Below the pieces are notes generated by a model. It was not told the DNA's origin. It did not search any database and saw only the letters and a list, made by a program, of their open reading frames with translations. Below are positions 61,740-64,000 of a stretch of DNA of 64,000 nt, one piece after another; the stretch's first letter is position 1, and each line of letters begins with the position of its first letter. Source of the DNA: a virus; the IMG/VR virus record IMGVR_UViG_3300045988_171102; one strand, given 5' to 3'. A program made the position numbers and the translations under genes.

Positions 61740-62140
61740 CAAAAGATAACACATAAGTTCGTACTGTGATACTTTAGGGTATACGGTCTTGGTATTTCTG
61801 CAATGTTTTTCGAGCTTGTGGGGCATAATATATTAGTGATCGCCCTGTGATAATCTGAGGATTCACAGGCAATTATGACATTTAGTGTCAGCCCACTTGG
61901 GCAGATTTGTATAGTGGTAACATCTACCTTTAGATGTCAGGAATGCGAACGCAACTACCTTTCTGTAGAATACAGATGAAATGGTTTAGATTCTTGGTCG
62001 TAGCACGATGCCAGCGACTCAAAATAATTGGACAGCGAGCGAAGATAAGACTATGGTTGACCAACATAGAGGAAGATAAAGAGGTGGGTTGGTTTATGGC
62101 GTACCAATGGTCATAAACGCCAATTTCGTTTTTTTAGAAA
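61740..62140 (+). ncRNA. G+C-richer, hairpin-dense non-coding segment (candidate structured RNA, class unknown)
   Basis: No credible ORF. Many local stems are visible (CCTGTGA/TCACAGG, TGACA/TGTCA, GCCC/GGGC, CATCTA/TAGATG, GTTTATG/CATAAAC). It ends with a T7 run at about 62130. Confidence 0.35.
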
Positions 62141-62151
62141 GGATGTTAAAA

Positions 62152-62298
62152 ATGTCAGTGCTTGCAGTACCGATAAGTCAGTCTTTCGAGGTAGATAAAA
62201 ATAAAGTTAAAGATTTTGACAATCAGTCTCACCACAAAAAGCAATGGATATTAGATAGATTATCTAAGTATAATAAAAATGAAATCAAATGGGATTAA
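62152..62298 (+). CDS. Small hypothetical protein (48 aa)
   Basis: AAAGGA RBS before the ATG at 62152. This is the in-frame 3' part of track ORF 62089..62298. Confidence 0.45.
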   Translation: MSVLAVPISQSFEVDKNKVKDFDNQSHHKKQWILDRLSKYNKNEIKWD

Positions 62299-62310
62299 AA
62301 TAATCCTTTT

Positions 62311-62435
62311 AAATGTTTTTCGCTCACCACTAGCGAATAATAAGTGACTGGCTTGAAAATGTTTTTCGCTCACCACTAGCGAATAATAAGTGACTGGCTT
62401 GAAAATGTTTTTCGCTCACCACTGGCGAATAATAA
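62311..62435 (+). repeat. 46-bp tandem direct repeat, 2.7 copies
   Basis: AAATGTTTTTCGCTCACCACTAGCGAATAATAAGTGACTGGCTTGA occurs at 62311-62356 and 62357-62402, with a partial copy (1 substitution) at 62403-62435. Each unit holds a hairpin TTCGCT-CACCACT-AGCGAA. Confidence 0.9.
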
Positions 62436-62553
62436 ATTGGGAGAAGATGTGTTTTTAATATATACTTCCAAAAAATACTGGTTGTCGTTGATTTTCTACA
62501 ACATTTGTGCTACTATAATAATATAATAAATAATTGCTAAGGGTACTGATAAT

Positions 62554-63447
62554 ATGTATAAATGGGTAGAAGAACATAAAAACGACAATAGCGGATTCAT
62601 CAGTTTTCTAAAATTCATCTATGCGATAGGGACAAATAATACTGTGATGGCTATTATTGCGTCTGTATTAGGTATTATAATCCCTATATTTTTTGATTTA
62701 CAAATTTATCTTTGGTTTGTTTTAACTTTTATGTTATTGATTGGTGGCATTGTTTTTAATGCGGTCTGTACAAAATATCAAGAACATCAAAATAAAAAGC
62801 AGCAAATAGCCATCGAAGCTTTGAGTAATCAAAATTCGCTAATGAACACAATAAACATAGAAATTAAAAGCAACCCACAATGGAAATCTCATATTTTTAA
62901 GAAAACAAGCGAAATTGTGTGCGAAAAGATACAGCACTTGTTTAAGGAAGTTTTACACTGTAGCACACGAGTATCGGTTGAGTATGTGTTTAATAAAACA
63001 TCTAAAGACAAAATAGAGAGACATGTGAAAATGTCAGGCAGAAGGAGTCCAAATAGAGATACTTGCAAGGGTTCTAAACCTCTCACAAGTAGAAGTAAAT
63101 ATTATTCGTATTATATTTTTTCAAGCAATAAGGTTGGAATAAGCCTTGTGTCTGAAAATCAAATAAATGCAAAGAATAGCAAATGGTATAAAAATCCTAC
63201 TCACAATATTGATATTAAAGAGTATATTGGTATTGCGGTTTCGGTAATGGATGAAAGCAGTGTAGATTTTATTTTACAAATAGATTGTCTACATAAAACG
63301 CCATTTGGACAACACGCAAAAAGTCGTAAAGAAACCGAAATAGAGATTGAAACTTTCATAAACACATATTTAAAATCGTATATTGACATTGTAGGTTTGT
63401 CTTACTTACTAAATTTAAATAAAAATAAATGTATGCCAGAGGTGTAA
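62554..63447 (+). CDS. Two-TM membrane protein with a GAF-like C-terminal domain (297 aa)
   Basis: TM1 is VMAIIASVLGIIIPIFF and TM2 is LWFVLTFMLLIGGIVFNAV, followed by a helical linker. The C-terminal YIGIAVSVMDESSVDFILQIDCLHKTPFG resembles the core strand pair of GAF domains. Confidence 0.45.
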   Translation: MYKWVEEHKNDNSGFISFLKFIYAIGTNNTVMAIIASVLGIIIPIFFDLQIYLWFVLTFMLLIGGIVFNAVCTKYQEHQNKKQQIAIEALSNQNSLMNTINIEIKSNPQWKSHIFKKTSEIVCEKIQHLFKEVLHCSTRVSVEYVFNKTSKDKIERHVKMSGRRSPNRDTCKGSKPLTSRSKYYSYYIFSSNKVGISLVSENQINAKNSKWYKNPTHNIDIKEYIGIAVSVMDESSVDFILQIDCLHKTPFGQHAKSRKETEIEIETFINTYLKSYIDIVGLSYLLNLNKNKCMPEV

Positions 63448-63452
63448 CACAA

Positions 63453-63614
63453 ATGAAGAAGTCACATAAAAAGAACAAAAATCAAGAAATTATAGCAGAC
63501 AAAAAGACGGTTCATTTTCGTGAATATACGGTTAAAGAGTTGTTGGAACTTGGAGAGAGAACAAATAAGATTCATTTGGTTAAGGACGATAAAACAGACA
63601 AAGAGGATGATTAA
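63453..63614 (+). CDS. Small charged protein (53 aa from MKKSHKK start)
   Basis: AGAGGTG RBS. It lies immediately after the stop codon of the membrane-protein gene. Confidence 0.5.
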   Translation: MKKSHKKNKNQEIIADKKTVHFREYTVKELLELGERTNKIHLVKDDKTDKEDD

Positions 63615-63740
63615 GAAGGTTATTAATAAATGAGCAGAGTCTCTGCGTGAAGTTTTTAGAGATGAAACAAAATAAGGTATCAAAAACCATTAGGTTTTGT
63701 ATTGAGAGGGTTAATGACTTTCCCATAGTTTTTAAATTTT

Positions 63741-63776
63741 TAGGGGTAACTCAAATCGAGTTACCCCTATTTTTTT
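63741..63776 (+). terminator. Intrinsic terminator
   Basis: 12-bp stem TAGGGGTAACTC/GAGTTACCCCTA followed by T7. Confidence 0.8.
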
Positions 63777-64000
63777 GCATTTCATAATAAAGAAATAGTT
63801 AGGAACATACGAGATACCGTACAATTCCTAACTATCAGTTAAGCATACTTGTATTTTTTTAATTTGTCGTTTTTAGTAAATTTTTAGTAAAGTAACGATT
63901 GTATTGTTAAATCCTACAATATGTTGTGATAATACGGATTTATAGTTCTATATATTGCGTTTTGCTCTTTTTTAAAGCTTATTTCTATTATAAAACAGAA

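Larger units (their letters stand above)
1..64000. mobile_element. Siphovirus-like temperate phage genome segment (possible phage-plasmid)
   Basis: Complete packaging, head, tail and lysis gene order on the plus strand. No sheath gene and a long tape measure. Rep, iterons and a recombinase are present. The minus-strand early arm runs off the left edge of the window. Confidence 0.85.

Noticed and set aside
62070-62135. T-box-like similarity (GGTGGGTTGG...GGCGTACC) at the end of the structured segment
   Set aside because: It only loosely resembles the conserved T-box sequence (GGGUGGUACCGCG). No specifier-loop or AGAGA-type stem I features were recognisable.
61934-62151. Track ORFs 61934-62116 and the 5' part of 62089-62298 as protein-coding
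   Set aside because: There is no RBS and the sequence is Arg/Trp/Cys-rich and implausible. They lie in the hairpin-dense G+C-richer segment. Only the RBS-supported 62152-62298 part is retained.
62311-62435. 46-bp tandem repeat as a CRISPR array
   Set aside because: The units are directly abutting with no spacers, so this is not a repeat-spacer architecture.
63795-63835. 11-bp inverted repeat (ATAGTTAGGAA ... TTCCTAACTAT) with a 19-nt loop near the window end
   Set aside because: It has no T-run, so it is not a clear terminator, and there is no partner repeat in the window. It could be an operator or att-related, but the evidence is insufficient.
1-64000. tRNA, tmRNA and rRNA genes
   Set aside because: Scanning the few G+C-richer patches by eye found no T-arm (GGTTCGAATCC-like) or cloverleaf candidates. 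A tRNAscan-SE or Aragorn run would be needed to exclude them formally.

Overview
This is an AT-rich, gene-dense segment of a tailed phage, either a prophage or possibly a phage-plasmid, with Firmicutes-style signals (GGAGG-type RBS, TTGACA-17-TATAAT promoters). The left arm (1-18.5 kb) runs on the minus strand. It holds small early/accessory genes, an XRE-HTH regulator, a 994-aa N6-adenine methyltransferase fused to an SNF2 helicase, a 609-aa protein, and a HicA-like mini-operon. Three plus-strand promoter-to-terminator small-RNA units sit between these genes. One of them carries a perfect Cas12a (type V-A) CRISPR repeat handle, making it a candidate RNA anti-CRISPR or viral mini-crRNA. A hammerhead-like (type II topology) motif lies in a 5' leader at about 15.7 kb. 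The centre (18.9-21.3 kb) is a 2.4-kb stretch with no ORF of 60 aa or more. It is packed with repeat families, three AGCGTTAGC sites spaced exactly 41 bp apart, a perfect 38-bp palindrome and a nearly pure A+T tract just upstream of a Rep-like gene, so it looks like a plasmid-type origin. The right arm (21.3-64 kb) runs on the plus strand. It encodes Rep, a 958-aa YonO/RdRP-like two-barrel single-subunit RNA polymerase (DFDSD motif), a metallophosphoesterase, a tyrosine recombinase with no adjacent att-like spacer, and terminase. These are followed by portal, scaffold, capsid, connectors, tail tube and a 1966-aa tape measure. Next come a promoter/terminator-bounded moron cassette, Dit/Tal, a collagen-like fibre, a beta-helix tailspike, holin and amidase endolysin. 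The arm ends with an accessory region holding a structured G+C-richer non-coding segment, a 46-bp tandem repeat and a 2TM plus GAF-like protein. No tRNA, rRNA or true CRISPR array was seen. All functional calls come from motifs read by eye and from gene order; no database search was run.
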